Shown: positions 18,236 through 27,579, counted from the stretch's first letter. The stretch is 63,637 nt of DNA from Candidatus Woesearchaeota archaeon (GCA_964418095.1 CAYQKM010000004.1:1-63637), one strand, 5' to 3'. The notes: generated from the letters alone by a model not told the origin. Translations and numbers: made by a program.

Positions 18236-19186
18236 TTAAATTTCTGTAATTATTTCATCACAATTAAGTGATCTAAATTCATAGGATGTTGCCTCTTGAA
18301 TTGTGGGTGCCATAAACTCATTATCTATCCCATCTCCAGGGATAACAATCGCACCAATTTTAGGGGATAGTAAATCTGATACTCTTGATACTGCTTCTCC
18401 ACCAACAACTGCTCCTCCTGCTTCACCTACAGCGACAACCATTGTAATTGGAAGTGCAGCCAAACCTCCAGTAGCAACAACTCCTATTGCCAAAATTCCC
18501 CCAACAAGTGCTCCTCCTAGATACCAGGTAAAATCATTCTTCTCGCTCGTAATTCCCATAACAATAAAGTAAGGTGTGCTAATTTTAATTTCTCCAAATG
18601 TAACTTCTGTTCCAGCTTGTTCTGACATTCCCCTTTTTAATCTTCCAAGTTCATTTGTTCCAAAAATATAAGAAGCGTATGTCTCTTCACTATCTGGCAT
18701 ATTTGTTTTAACAAGATAATCATAAAACTCATCCTGATTTATCTTTTCTCCAACCCCATTTAAATCTTTAACACTATCATCTAATAAAAATTGGGTACAT
18801 ATTGAACAATAATTCTTCTTTTTCCAAGTTGGGTCAACATAATTAATTCTTCCTTCACCAAACATCCACCAACAATCAGCCATCTCTGCTGCTAAAATAG
18901 AAAAAATTTCTTCTTTGCCTTTTACCTTCATTATTTTTGGGCTAGTCATTCTTTCACATGTTCCGTCACTAGTTAAACAAATATAACTCCTAGAACACTT
19001 AATTGGAATTGCTGCATCAGGAAGTTTTGTCCCTTTCATAACAATTGAATTATGACAAATATCTTTCTCAGATTCTTTTGAAAAATCAAGTCTAAAAAGT
19101 AAAAACAAAATAACAACAAAGCTAACTATCAGTATTACAAGTAAAACTATTTGTTGCGTAGTAATCTCTCCTTTTTTATTTTTCAA
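18236..19186 (-). CDS. large type IV pilin-like protein with Cys-rich domain and C-terminal Gly/Ala-rich hydrophobic segment
   Basis: The N-terminus is (TTG start) KNKKG|EITTQQIVLLVILIVSFVVILFLLF. It has multiple Cys, and the C-terminal region reads GGALVGGILAIGVVATGGLAALPITMVVAVGEAGGAVVGG. Confidence 0.6.
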   Translation of the reverse strand: MKNKKGEITTQQIVLLVILIVSFVVILFLLFRLDFSKESEKDICHNSIVMKGTKLPDAAIPIKCSRSYICLTSDGTCERMTSPKIMKVKGKEEIFSILAAEMADCWWMFGEGRINYVDPTWKKKNYCSICTQFLLDDSVKDLNGVGEKINQDEFYDYLVKTNMPDSEETYASYIFGTNELGRLKRGMSEQAGTEVTFGEIKISTPYFIVMGITSEKNDFTWYLGGALVGGILAIGVVATGGLAALPITMVVAVGEAGGAVVGGEAVSRVSDLLSPKIGAIVIPGDGIDNEFMAPTIQEATSYEFRSLNCDEIITEI

Positions 19187-19187
19187 T

Positions 19188-19289
19188 TTACGAAACCCCC
19201 ACTTTCTTAAGTAAAAAAATAACTCCAGTAACAGCTATAGCAAAAAAGATAATCCACATTAAATATTTTATTACTTCATCAAAACTCAT
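19188..19289 (-). CDS. small single-TM protein (33 aa)
   Basis: It is below the track cut-off. Hand translation gives MSFDEVIKYLMWIIFFAIAVTGVIFLLKKVGVS. It is packed between two pilin genes. Confidence 0.3.
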   Translation of the reverse strand: MSFDEVIKYLMWIIFFAIAVTGVIFLLKKVGVS

Positions 19290-19291
19290 TT

Positions 19292-19810
19292 TTATCTCCC
19301 AATAAAGAATCTTCCATCCTGTTTTGTAATTTCTATGAATAAAGGTATTTTCCCTCCTTCTATTTTCCAGTTGATTTCACTATCTAATAAACCTGGAATA
19401 ATTAAGCAAGCCCCTTTCTTATCGCATTTTTTAATTTGAGAATTAGAGCCTCCAATTAAAACAGGCTTACATAGACATATGCAATTTTGATTAAGGCAGG
19501 AATTCGGTTTTTCTTGTTTTGTAAAACCATATAAAAACCACCCCTTTGGTTCATATATTATCTTAACTTCAGTCTCTCCATCTGGTAAAAAAGAAATAAC
19601 TTTCTCAATGCTCGGCACTTCAGATTCAAATCCAACTAAAACTTCTTTAGCCTGATTTAATTTTTTATCTGCAATATGAGAATTATACAATGAAGATAAA
19701 AGGTAAACCAAAAAGATAATACAAATTAAGGCAATAATAATCTTCAATGTTTCTTCTGCTAAAAGAAATCCTTTTTTATCCTTGATTTTATTTTTATTGA
19801 CAAATTCCAT
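19292..19810 (-). CDS. type IV pilin-like protein (Glu at +5), Cys-rich
   Basis: The N-terminus is MEFVNKNKIKDKKG|FLLAEETLKIIIALICIIFLVYLL. It also has a CLNQNCICLC...KKCDKKGAC cluster. Confidence 0.6.
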   Translation of the reverse strand: MEFVNKNKIKDKKGFLLAEETLKIIIALICIIFLVYLLSSLYNSHIADKKLNQAKEVLVGFESEVPSIEKVISFLPDGETEVKIIYEPKGWFLYGFTKQEKPNSCLNQNCICLCKPVLIGGSNSQIKKCDKKGACLIIPGLLDSEINWKIEGGKIPLFIEITKQDGRFFIGR

Positions 19811-19849
19811 CTTATTTTATTTTAAGTTAAATTCAAAAATAAACCCATT

Positions 19850-20014
19850 TTAATATAATAAAGAAATAAATAGTTTACTTGTAGAGTTTGAGCCCATGTT
19901 TCTGAAAAAATCAAAAAAATTGTTACTAAAAAAATAATATGCTCCATAAGAAACTGCTGCAATAACTAAAACTCCAATTAAAATTTTAATTAAGTTTTCA
20001 ATAGTAAGTTCCAT
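19850..20014 (-). CDS. small membrane protein (54 aa)
   Basis: It is below the track cut-off. Hand translation gives MELTIENLIKILIGVLVIAAVSYGAYYFFSNNFFDFFRNMGSNSTSKLFISLLY. Its ATG shares 1 nt with the upstream stop (TAATG). Confidence 0.35.
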   Translation of the reverse strand: MELTIENLIKILIGVLVIAAVSYGAYYFFSNNFFDFFRNMGSNSTSKLFISLLY

Positions 20015-20172
20015 TAACTCCTCCTAAAAATATTTTTAATTTGATCAACTAAAGAAGTACCTTCACCTTTAAGAAAGAATACTGAAATCATAACAATTGT
20101 TAAAAGAACTAATGCGATTATTATCCAAGGGAGATATTCTGAGATTACCCCTTTTTTATTTACTCTTTTCAT
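20014..20172 (-). CDS. small type IV pilin-like protein (52 aa)
   Basis: It is below the track cut-off. Hand translation gives MKRVNKKG|VISEYLPWIIIALVLLTIVMISVFFLKGEGTSLVDQIKNIFRRS. Confidence 0.5.
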   Translation of the reverse strand: MKRVNKKGVISEYLPWIIIALVLLTIVMISVFFLKGEGTSLVDQIKNIFRRS

Positions 20173-20246
20173 AATTAATATAAAAAAACAGAGTTAATAA
20201 AATTTACCTAATAAAAGCTTAAATAAAAAATCAGTAAATTAAACTA

Positions 20247-22427
20247 TTATGTCAATCCTCCTATCACTATAATAGAAAGAACAAACAACGCTAATGAAGA
20301 AAAAAACGCTGTTAAGAAATAAAAGACAATTCCTTTTTTCAAATTTTGTCCAGTCTTATTTATTTTTTCCAGTTCATCCTCTCCTGAATCTACTGAAACT
20401 AAAGTTCCAGTTAAAATAAAAATTACTTCTATTAAATAAATCCCTATTGCTATCTGAAGAAAATAAGGGGGTATCATATATACAACATCAAACATCTCTA
20501 AGATGTTTGTTATTTGGCTAGACAATGATGAATCAACTCCAGCAGTGTCCATAAATGTTTGTAAAACATTAAGAATAGTTGTAATCATCAATGCTAACCC
20601 CACAACTATTCCAGATAAAAGAGGGGCTAAAAAAGTCATATTGCTCTTCATTTCAGAAAGAATCTCTGCTAAAATGTCTTTAAGGCGCTCTGTTATCTTC
20701 TGAATATTCTTAACATAATCTGAGATACTCATTAAACTAACTGCAGCTATTTGAAGTCCTTTTTTAGATGACTCCACAAGCACTTTCATGCTTGTTGCGA
20801 TTAAATCTGAAGGGTAAAATAAAATAACTCCTCGTCTAGAATCAAAAATAGCCTTTTCCACACTCATTCCCATTTGTCTAATATTATAATTAACTTTTCT
20901 GAAAAATTCTCCTGAGACAAGCCCTTTTGATGAATCTGCTATTTTTCCAAAAACAAGTTCAGGAGGAGTTCCATCTCCTAGCCTATTCCCTAATTGAAAT
21001 AAAGTATTATTAAATTCTTTCTCTAATTGATTTGTCTTTTTCCTATCATCAATAAGTGCTCTTGCTTTATCATTATAGGCTATTGAAAAGAATAATGCAA
21101 CCCCTAATGGAAAAAATAAACTTAAAAAAAGAGCTACTGCTCCAAATGGTCCAGACACTCCTCCATCTGATTTCTTAAAGTCAAAAAGCATAATCTGATC
21201 AGCCCCCTCAAAGAAATCTATTCCAAGCTCAGCTAAAGAATAATCTTTCTGCAATCCTAACAATTCAGGGAGAGGGGTGTATTGAAAGATAAGTGGAAGC
21301 AAACTCAAGACAATAAGAGGAAGGACAATTAAAAGCGCATAAACAAATGGAGCATTAGATTTATATTGTTTATATAACGGATTCTTTTCTAAAAAAGTTG
21401 TTTCTCCATGTCCACCTGGTCTTAAAGAAAGAATCTTATCTAACATAAAAAATGCTAAGAAAGGAATTATCAGAGTATAAAGCATAAAAACATGAGTCCA
21501 TTTTATCATTCCCTGAACCATTGCAGATGCTAAAGGAATTAATGCAATTCCAAGAATAGGCAACATAACTGCAAGCATATACACGTTTGTTAGAGGAGCC
21601 TTTACATTATGAGTAAATTTAAGCATCTTATCATAAACTCCATCTAAAACAACTTGAATTGATTTTTCAAGAATAGTTATTCTTCTAACTCTATCTGGCT
21701 CATATAAACTGCTTTCTATTAGATGAAATGCTTCTATAAATTCATTAGAATAATCTCTCCAAACTTCTAAATAATCATCTAGACTTTCTTTTATTGTTGA
21801 GAATTTTCCAACTTCAACATTATAAAATATTTTTTTAAAGTCTAATGAGAGAGGCTGGGGGAGATGTTCTGAAGCAAATGCAATTGCTTTTTCTAAATTA
21901 GGGGTATGCCTCATATAAACAACAACATATAGTATTGCTGGGACCATCTGCGAAGATGCTTTTAATCTCCATTTACTAGCATATCTAGAGGGATAATTAT
22001 TAAGATAATAAAATAAGAATAAAGAAAAAATTAAAACGAGTATAAAAAATAAAAGTGGAAAAGAAGTTCCTTCTTTACCTAAAAACATGTAAAGTAATGA
22101 GAAAATCAAGCCCAAGAAAAAAACACCTACAAATGCAACAACACTAAGAGTTATTGCTTGCCAGGGCTCAATATTCATATGAGATGTTTCAATATCTTTC
22201 TTAATTTTTGCTTCATCTTTTTTAGAAGGGGCAAGTTTTATAATATTCCCTAAAGTGTTACACCATCTTTCATAATTTGTAAGATTCTTTTTAGAATCTT
22301 CTTTAAATCTTAAGTAAGATCTACTATCTTTTGAAGGATATGATTCAGTAGTATTTATTTGTCCCTCTATTTTCTTACTATATTGGGCAAGAATTTCTTC
22401 AACACTCGGCTTTTTATTTGATGACAT
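20247..22427 (-). CDS. polytopic membrane platform protein of type IV pilus/archaellum-type systems (FlaJ/TadC/PilC-like)
   Basis: 726 aa with two clusters of TM helices separated by soluble domains. It lies immediately downstream of the secretion ATPase. The family call rests on architecture and context, not on motifs I can read by eye. Confidence 0.6.
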   Translation of the reverse strand: MSSNKKPSVEEILAQYSKKIEGQINTTESYPSKDSRSYLRFKEDSKKNLTNYERWCNTLGNIIKLAPSKKDEAKIKKDIETSHMNIEPWQAITLSVVAFVGVFFLGLIFSLLYMFLGKEGTSFPLLFFILVLIFSLFLFYYLNNYPSRYASKWRLKASSQMVPAILYVVVYMRHTPNLEKAIAFASEHLPQPLSLDFKKIFYNVEVGKFSTIKESLDDYLEVWRDYSNEFIEAFHLIESSLYEPDRVRRITILEKSIQVVLDGVYDKMLKFTHNVKAPLTNVYMLAVMLPILGIALIPLASAMVQGMIKWTHVFMLYTLIIPFLAFFMLDKILSLRPGGHGETTFLEKNPLYKQYKSNAPFVYALLIVLPLIVLSLLPLIFQYTPLPELLGLQKDYSLAELGIDFFEGADQIMLFDFKKSDGGVSGPFGAVALFLSLFFPLGVALFFSIAYNDKARALIDDRKKTNQLEKEFNNTLFQLGNRLGDGTPPELVFGKIADSSKGLVSGEFFRKVNYNIRQMGMSVEKAIFDSRRGVILFYPSDLIATSMKVLVESSKKGLQIAAVSLMSISDYVKNIQKITERLKDILAEILSEMKSNMTFLAPLLSGIVVGLALMITTILNVLQTFMDTAGVDSSLSSQITNILEMFDVVYMIPPYFLQIAIGIYLIEVIFILTGTLVSVDSGEDELEKINKTGQNLKKGIVFYFLTAFFSSLALFVLSIIVIGGLT

Positions 22428-22535
22428 ACTCTCCTCTTTATTTTAATTTCACTAATCAAAAAGAATTAATAAACCTTTGGAGAAATGAATAAAAAAATCT
22501 TATAACCCTAAAAGATAAAAAATTATAATTTTAAA

Positions 22536-24824
22536 TTAAAGAGATTTTTTTCTAACTTCACTATTCAGCCACTCTTGCCATTTTGGAAAAACTCTCTCAC
22601 TTAAAGGCAATCCTGTTTCTTGAATAATTTCATCTGAAATTTTATGGAACATATGGTTAGAAAGAGTATTAAACCCAGATTCTAGTAAATTTAAATTTTT
22701 AGCCTTCTTAGCTGTTTCAACAAGTTCTTTTTTCATTTTAGCTCTCAAAAGAATATTATCATAAACAGCATCCCAATTTCCTGCCCACCCCTTAACATTT
22801 GATGCAACGTCTTTTATAATCTCACTATCCCCATTAATTAAATCCTCTGTTGGCTCAATCTCATCTTTCTCAATATTATATTTCATTAAATCCACAAACC
22901 CTTTTTCTAGGAGAGGATCTTTAACCCAGTGCTTTCTTACCTCTGATAATTGAATCATTCTTTTCCACGAATGCATTCCATCTGGAGATTTAATTGGGTT
23001 ACAAACAATTACTGAATCTGTTGCTTTAAAGCTAGTAATAGGGACTCCTAAATCATTAACAACCCTATCAAAAACCCCATAAGGTGATGCACCATGAATT
23101 GTTCCTGCAACCACATTTGCAAGTGCACCAACTCTCATAGCCTCATAAAGAGCTTTAGCCTCAACACTTCTTACTTCTCCAATTATTAAACAGCTATCTC
23201 CTAATCTCAAACTCGTTCTTATTCCATCGTCTGCAGAAACCTCTGTAGTTGTCTTTAATAGGGCAGAACGAACTTTCATTCTCAATATATCGTATCCTAA
23301 TTTCCTAAGTGAATCTACAGGCAATTCCAAAGAGTCTTCAATAACAATTATTCTATGTTTTGGGATAATCTCAAGCATTAAACTCCCTAAAAGAGATGTC
23401 TTTCCTGAGCTTCTTGTTCCTGCAACTAACATTGTTCTGGCACCATCTATTAAGAAACTTAAAACACCTGCAGAAAAAGGGTTAATCATTTTATTATTAA
23501 TAAAAAGCGGGAGTGTCCATGGACTTTCTCTATGCCTTCTCAAAGAATAAGCTAATCCATCACAAGATAAAGGAGGTTGCACAATAGAAATTCTTGCTCT
23601 TAAGTTTCCAATCTCTAATTGTGTATCCAATATAGGGTTTGCCTCATCTAAAGGTCTTCCAGAAATCATTCTAAACTTTGCAGCCCACGAGTCTGCATCT
23701 TCTTGACTCGGAAGAATATTTGTTACACACTCATCATATTCTTGGTGTCTCACAAAAATAGGTGTTTGAGGGATAGGGGCATTTAATGAAATATCTTGTA
23801 AATTTTTATCTTGGAGAAGAACTTCTATTACTCCAAACCCAATTGTGTGTCTTACTAAAATAGCAGATAACATATTAAGTGAAGAATAATCTAAACTTAA
23901 TCCCTTTGATTGTGCTAAATCTCTAATTAAGTCCTTAGAAATATTCATAAAAACATGTCTTATTCTGTCTGTATCAGTAAACTCCTCTGCTTTAGGTTGG
24001 TGCTCTATTAAGACACTTCTAGCTAAATTTAAAATCATATTTTGATCTTCTGTTAAAGAATTTTCTGGAGGAACAATATGGTAGATTAATTTTGCCTCAT
24101 CTTTCTTCTTTAAAATAGTCACAAAAGACTCATCATAATCTCCATCAGATATTTTATATTGTGAAACTATTTCAGCATTATGAGGCAGGTCTGAAACCAA
24201 TCTAGTAAATGTAAAATTAGCAATTATATCTGGAATAAAAAGTTTATTATAGATTGTCCTATCTCCCCTCATATACTCTTGTGAGAATGGTTGAAATGCC
24301 TGAATTAAACTAGTTTTAGACATCATATCCATAATCTTCTCTACAAGTGAAAGGTAATTTTGTTGATCTAACTTCAAAACCCCTGTAAATTTCTCTAAAA
24401 GAATTTTTGCCTCTAATAAAATTTTCCTTAGTTGAAAGTATGCTGCAATAGGGTCTTTTTTAAGAAGATACAAAAAAGAAAAAATCTCATTATATCTTTT
24501 AGTAAAAAAATTGAAATTAGAAGTTGCAAGTTTTTCTTGGCTTAATATTTTTTCTTGTCTAATTAAAAAAATATAAAGATGCCCAATTTCTAAAAGATGT
24601 CTGGTTTCCTTAAGATCATAATTATAATTTTTTTGTTGAACAAAAACAAATCTAGAAACACTCGGGTTTTCAATTAAAGAATCTACTGTTCTTTCCATAA
24701 CTTCAGGGTGATCTGCTAAACTTGGAACATATGGTGCCCCAAGATAGTTAATATATAATACATCTTCTCCCCCTTCTCTTTTCACCTCTGAAGAATAAAG
24801 TGATTCTCCCTTTTCAAATTGCAT
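22536..24824 (-). CDS. type II/IV secretion-system ATPase (FlaI/PilB/VirB11 superfamily) with long N-terminal extension
   Basis: 762 aa with Walker A (LVAGTRSSGKTSLLG), an Asp box/Walker B (HRIIVIEDSLEL), IIGEVRSVEAKALYEAMRVG and a His box (GTIHGASP). Confidence 0.9.
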   Translation of the reverse strand: MQFEKGESLYSSEVKREGGEDVLYINYLGAPYVPSLADHPEVMERTVDSLIENPSVSRFVFVQQKNYNYDLKETRHLLEIGHLYIFLIRQEKILSQEKLATSNFNFFTKRYNEIFSFLYLLKKDPIAAYFQLRKILLEAKILLEKFTGVLKLDQQNYLSLVEKIMDMMSKTSLIQAFQPFSQEYMRGDRTIYNKLFIPDIIANFTFTRLVSDLPHNAEIVSQYKISDGDYDESFVTILKKKDEAKLIYHIVPPENSLTEDQNMILNLARSVLIEHQPKAEEFTDTDRIRHVFMNISKDLIRDLAQSKGLSLDYSSLNMLSAILVRHTIGFGVIEVLLQDKNLQDISLNAPIPQTPIFVRHQEYDECVTNILPSQEDADSWAAKFRMISGRPLDEANPILDTQLEIGNLRARISIVQPPLSCDGLAYSLRRHRESPWTLPLFINNKMINPFSAGVLSFLIDGARTMLVAGTRSSGKTSLLGSLMLEIIPKHRIIVIEDSLELPVDSLRKLGYDILRMKVRSALLKTTTEVSADDGIRTSLRLGDSCLIIGEVRSVEAKALYEAMRVGALANVVAGTIHGASPYGVFDRVVNDLGVPITSFKATDSVIVCNPIKSPDGMHSWKRMIQLSEVRKHWVKDPLLEKGFVDLMKYNIEKDEIEPTEDLINGDSEIIKDVASNVKGWAGNWDAVYDNILLRAKMKKELVETAKKAKNLNLLESGFNTLSNHMFHKISDEIIQETGLPLSERVFPKWQEWLNSEVRKKSL

Positions 24825-24901
24825 AATTCAAAAAATAGTTTATACTTTAAAATATTTTGTATAATCCAAACAAATTTAAACTATCTTTGTTTTTATTCTA
24901 T

Positions 24902-25246
24902 ATGGCTGAAGAGGGTTATGAAAATCAATATTTTACAGAAATAATTACTAAAGTAAGAGATTTGGAAGATAAACAAAGAATAATAAAAGATAGAGTTTTA
25001 CTAATAGGACAAAATTTAATAGATGTAAAAGAAGAAATGCAAACAATTTTTTTGGGAATTAAAAGAGAAATAGAGATTTTAAAAAGAGAAACTGAGAGAT
25101 TAAAGTCATTTTTTGAAAGTGCGTCCTCGGAGTTTTCAAGATTTGCAAAAAAAGAAGAACTAGAAATACTTTCTAAACAAGCTAAAATGTTTCAGCCACT
25201 AGAGTTTGTGACAAGGGCGGAATTAGAAAAATTAAAAAATAATTAA
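24902..25246 (+). CDS. coiled-coil protein, function unknown
   Basis: This is ORF 24857..25246. The first ATG is at 24902 (MAEEGYENQYF). Heptad-like Lys/Glu/Leu pattern throughout. It is divergent from the pilus ATPase. Confidence 0.5.
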   Translation: MAEEGYENQYFTEIITKVRDLEDKQRIIKDRVLLIGQNLIDVKEEMQTIFLGIKREIEILKRETERLKSFFESASSEFSRFAKKEELEILSKQAKMFQPLEFVTRAELEKLKNN

Positions 25247-25260
25247 CACTTAAAGGAAAA

Positions 25261-26037
25261 ATGGGTATTTTGGAAGATATAACTGCTATGAGAGGACAAG
25301 GAATGGATGACAGGGCAATAATTCAAAACCTAAATGAAAATGGATACCCTCCAAGATCAATTGAGAGCGCATTTAATCAATTAAAGATAAAGGATGCTGT
25401 TTCGGCAGAATATTCTGGAGGAGAAAATATGGAGCCTTCAATAATGAAAAATGAGCACATGTTTCCTATTGCACCTCCTCCTCAAAAAACCTCTCCAGTA
25501 TACACTCCTAAAACTCAAGAAATAAACCATAACCCTGAAGAAGAATTTTACTCCCCTCAGCAAATGCCACAGCCTAATGAATTAAACCCAAATCCAGGAT
25601 ACGCGATAGAATACGGGCAAGAGCAATATTATGAACCAGCACAATACCCTCCACAATATTCTGGACAAGAACAATACCTCTCTCAAGAAACTTACTCTGA
25701 ACAACAAATGCAAGGAGAATATGCTGATAATGTTATTGAAGTTGCAGAACAAGTTTTCATTGAAAAAATAAAGAAACCGCAAAAACAAATTGATATTCTT
25801 AATGAATTCGCAACACTTGCAGAGGCAAAAATTTCAGATGACCATGAAAGAATAAAGAGAATAGAATCAATGATCGACAAATTACAAATAGCAATATTAG
25901 AGAAAATAGGCTCTTATGGAAGAGATGTTTCTTCAATAAAAAATGAGATGGGAATGATGAGAGAATCATTTGAAAAAATAGTTCCAAAACTACATGAAGA
26001 TTTTGGAGAGAAAAAACCCTTAAAAGGGAAAAAATAA
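25261..26037 (+). CDS. hypothetical protein: small N-terminal helical domain, Pro/Gln/Tyr-rich linker, C-terminal coiled coil
   Basis: The N-terminal domain reads MDDRAIIQNLNENGYPPRSIESAFNQL. The low-complexity linker reads PQQMPQPNELNPNPGYAIEYGQEQYYEPAQYPPQYSGQEQY. The C-terminus has heptad repeats. Confidence 0.5.
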   Translation: MGILEDITAMRGQGMDDRAIIQNLNENGYPPRSIESAFNQLKIKDAVSAEYSGGENMEPSIMKNEHMFPIAPPPQKTSPVYTPKTQEINHNPEEEFYSPQQMPQPNELNPNPGYAIEYGQEQYYEPAQYPPQYSGQEQYLSQETYSEQQMQGEYADNVIEVAEQVFIEKIKKPQKQIDILNEFATLAEAKISDDHERIKRIESMIDKLQIAILEKIGSYGRDVSSIKNEMGMMRESFEKIVPKLHEDFGEKKPLKGKK

Positions 26038-26099
26038 GTTAAATAAAAAAACAAAATAAGCAAAATTTTCTAAATTTATTAAATTAAAGAGTTTCTAAA

Positions 26100-26624
26100 T
26101 TATTTATATGATTTATACACGGTTGTGATAGGAGGCTCTCCAAGTTTAGGTTTGTTTCCACTAGAAAGCATCCAAACAACAAGTCCAATTGCAACAGCTA
26201 CAATAATTACATTGGTAAGATTTGCTCCAAAAAAGTTAAGTGAAACACCCTGGAATAATCCAATATTCCTTAAAGGTCCCCAAACAATAATAACTAACAT
26301 AATAACCATTAATAAAAATAAAACCCACTTCAAAGATTTATTATCAAAGTCAAAGAAAAATCCTCCAATAATAATTATTACTAAAACAATTGCTAAACCT
26401 ATTCCTAATCTAGGGAAAATATCAGCAAAGAAATAAGACATTATATTAAACTGCAATGCCATTAATGCAACTGCTAAAGAGATAATAGCATTCACTGCTT
26501 TATTATTCTGAAAAATCTTAACAAACGACAAAACAGAATAAACAATTGCAAACACTAAAAGAAATGGCAACAAATACTCAAATGCTCCCATTGCTTCCAA
26601 TTGTCCCATAAAGTTTCCTGCCAT
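26100..26624 (-). CDS. multi-pass membrane protein (paralog A)
   Basis: 174 aa with about 5 TM segments. It shares YLLPFLLVFAIVYSVL...NAIISL...LKW blocks with the adjacent ORF 26660..27175. Confidence 0.55.
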   Translation of the reverse strand: MAGNFMGQLEAMGAFEYLLPFLLVFAIVYSVLSFVKIFQNNKAVNAIISLAVALMALQFNIMSYFFADIFPRLGIGLAIVLVIIIIGGFFFDFDNKSLKWVLFLLMVIMLVIIVWGPLRNIGLFQGVSLNFFGANLTNVIIVAVAIGLVVWMLSSGNKPKLGEPPITTVYKSYK

Positions 26625-26659
26625 TTTAATTTATATATTTCCTCATTTAAATATGTTCC

Positions 26660-27175
26660 TTAGCTGCTTTTTTTGCCTGTAGCCAACATCACTGCCAAAG
26701 CTACAACAACTAAAACTATGAAAATAACATTATTCCAAAATTTACTACTCCAGGTAGAGTTAAATAAGCTGTCAAAAAACCCAGAGGTGTTTATTCCTGC
26801 TGCCCAAAGAACAGCAAAAAATACAGCTATTAAAATAAAAATCCCAATTGTCCATTTTAATCCTTTTGGAGCTTCCTTAAATATATTCAAACCTTCTCCG
26901 CCCATAATAAATCCCCATAATACCAAGACTACAAAAATTACTACCAATCCAATTGCTAAAAAAAGCATCAGATTTGAAGCCATTTGTTTGGGGAATACTG
27001 CAGTAACAAAGATAAAGCTAATTACAAATGAAATCAAAGCATTAATCTGTGTTTTTCTCTCTCCAAATACCTTAGATTTTTCAAGAACTGCAAAAAGGAT
27101 AAAGAAAATTAATAAAAAAGGATATACAAAGTTAATTAAGATTGGACTATGCAATAAAGTTACTTCTTCTGCCAT
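26660..27175 (-). CDS. multi-pass membrane protein (paralog B)
   Basis: 171 aa with FVYPFLLIFFILFAVL...NALISF...LKW blocks. It is a tandem paralog of 26100..26624. Confidence 0.55.
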   Translation of the reverse strand: MAEEVTLLHSPILINFVYPFLLIFFILFAVLEKSKVFGERKTQINALISFVISFIFVTAVFPKQMASNLMLFLAIGLVVIFVVLVLWGFIMGGEGLNIFKEAPKGLKWTIGIFILIAVFFAVLWAAGINTSGFFDSLFNSTWSSKFWNNVIFIVLVVVALAVMLATGKKSS

Positions 27176-27194
27176 TACCTCTTTTTAACTCCTT

Positions 27195-27464
27195 TTAATC
27201 TATAACTTCTTCAAACCCTGTATCTTGGCTTGGCAAAGCTGATTTACTTATTATGAAAACATCACTAATAGATCTAACAAATTGATGAGGTATAATTACT
27301 CCTCTTGCTCCACCCATTAGAGAAAGAACATTTCCTCCAACTCTTATTCTCCATCCATCAATTCTATTTTCAAAAAGATTCGCTTCTTCAACTTCTCCGA
27401 AAAACTCGCCTGAATCAGTAAATACTCTTTTACCTAAAACCTCTGAAATTTTTTTAATTTTCAT
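27195..27464 (-). CDS. PRC-barrel domain protein
   Basis: 89 aa reading VLGKRVFTDSGEFFGEVEEANLFENRIDGWRIRVGG...VIIPHQFV. This is a typical PRC-barrel pattern. Confidence 0.7.
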   Translation of the reverse strand: MKIKKISEVLGKRVFTDSGEFFGEVEEANLFENRIDGWRIRVGGNVLSLMGGARGVIIPHQFVRSISDVFIISKSALPSQDTGFEEVID

Positions 27465-27579
27465 AATAAAAAGTACAATAGTTTATTTAAATACTTTTCC
27501 ATATTCCATAAAATATTTACGAAAATACAGTAAAATCAAGATACATAAAGTTTATAAAAAAAAATATACTATAAAACTC

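Noticed and set aside
18303-18572. 89-aa plus-strand ORF rich in Pro/Thr/Ala
   Set aside because: It is antisense to the Gly/Ala-rich C-terminal segment of pilin-like gene 18236..19186 and is a compositional artefact.
26125-27188. ORFs 26125..26436 (+) and 26673..27188 (+), the latter 171 aa
   Set aside because: They are exactly antisense to the two paralogous membrane-protein genes. The minus-strand products have coherent TM architecture and mutual similarity, whereas the plus-strand translations are Thr/Lys/Ile-rich with no features.
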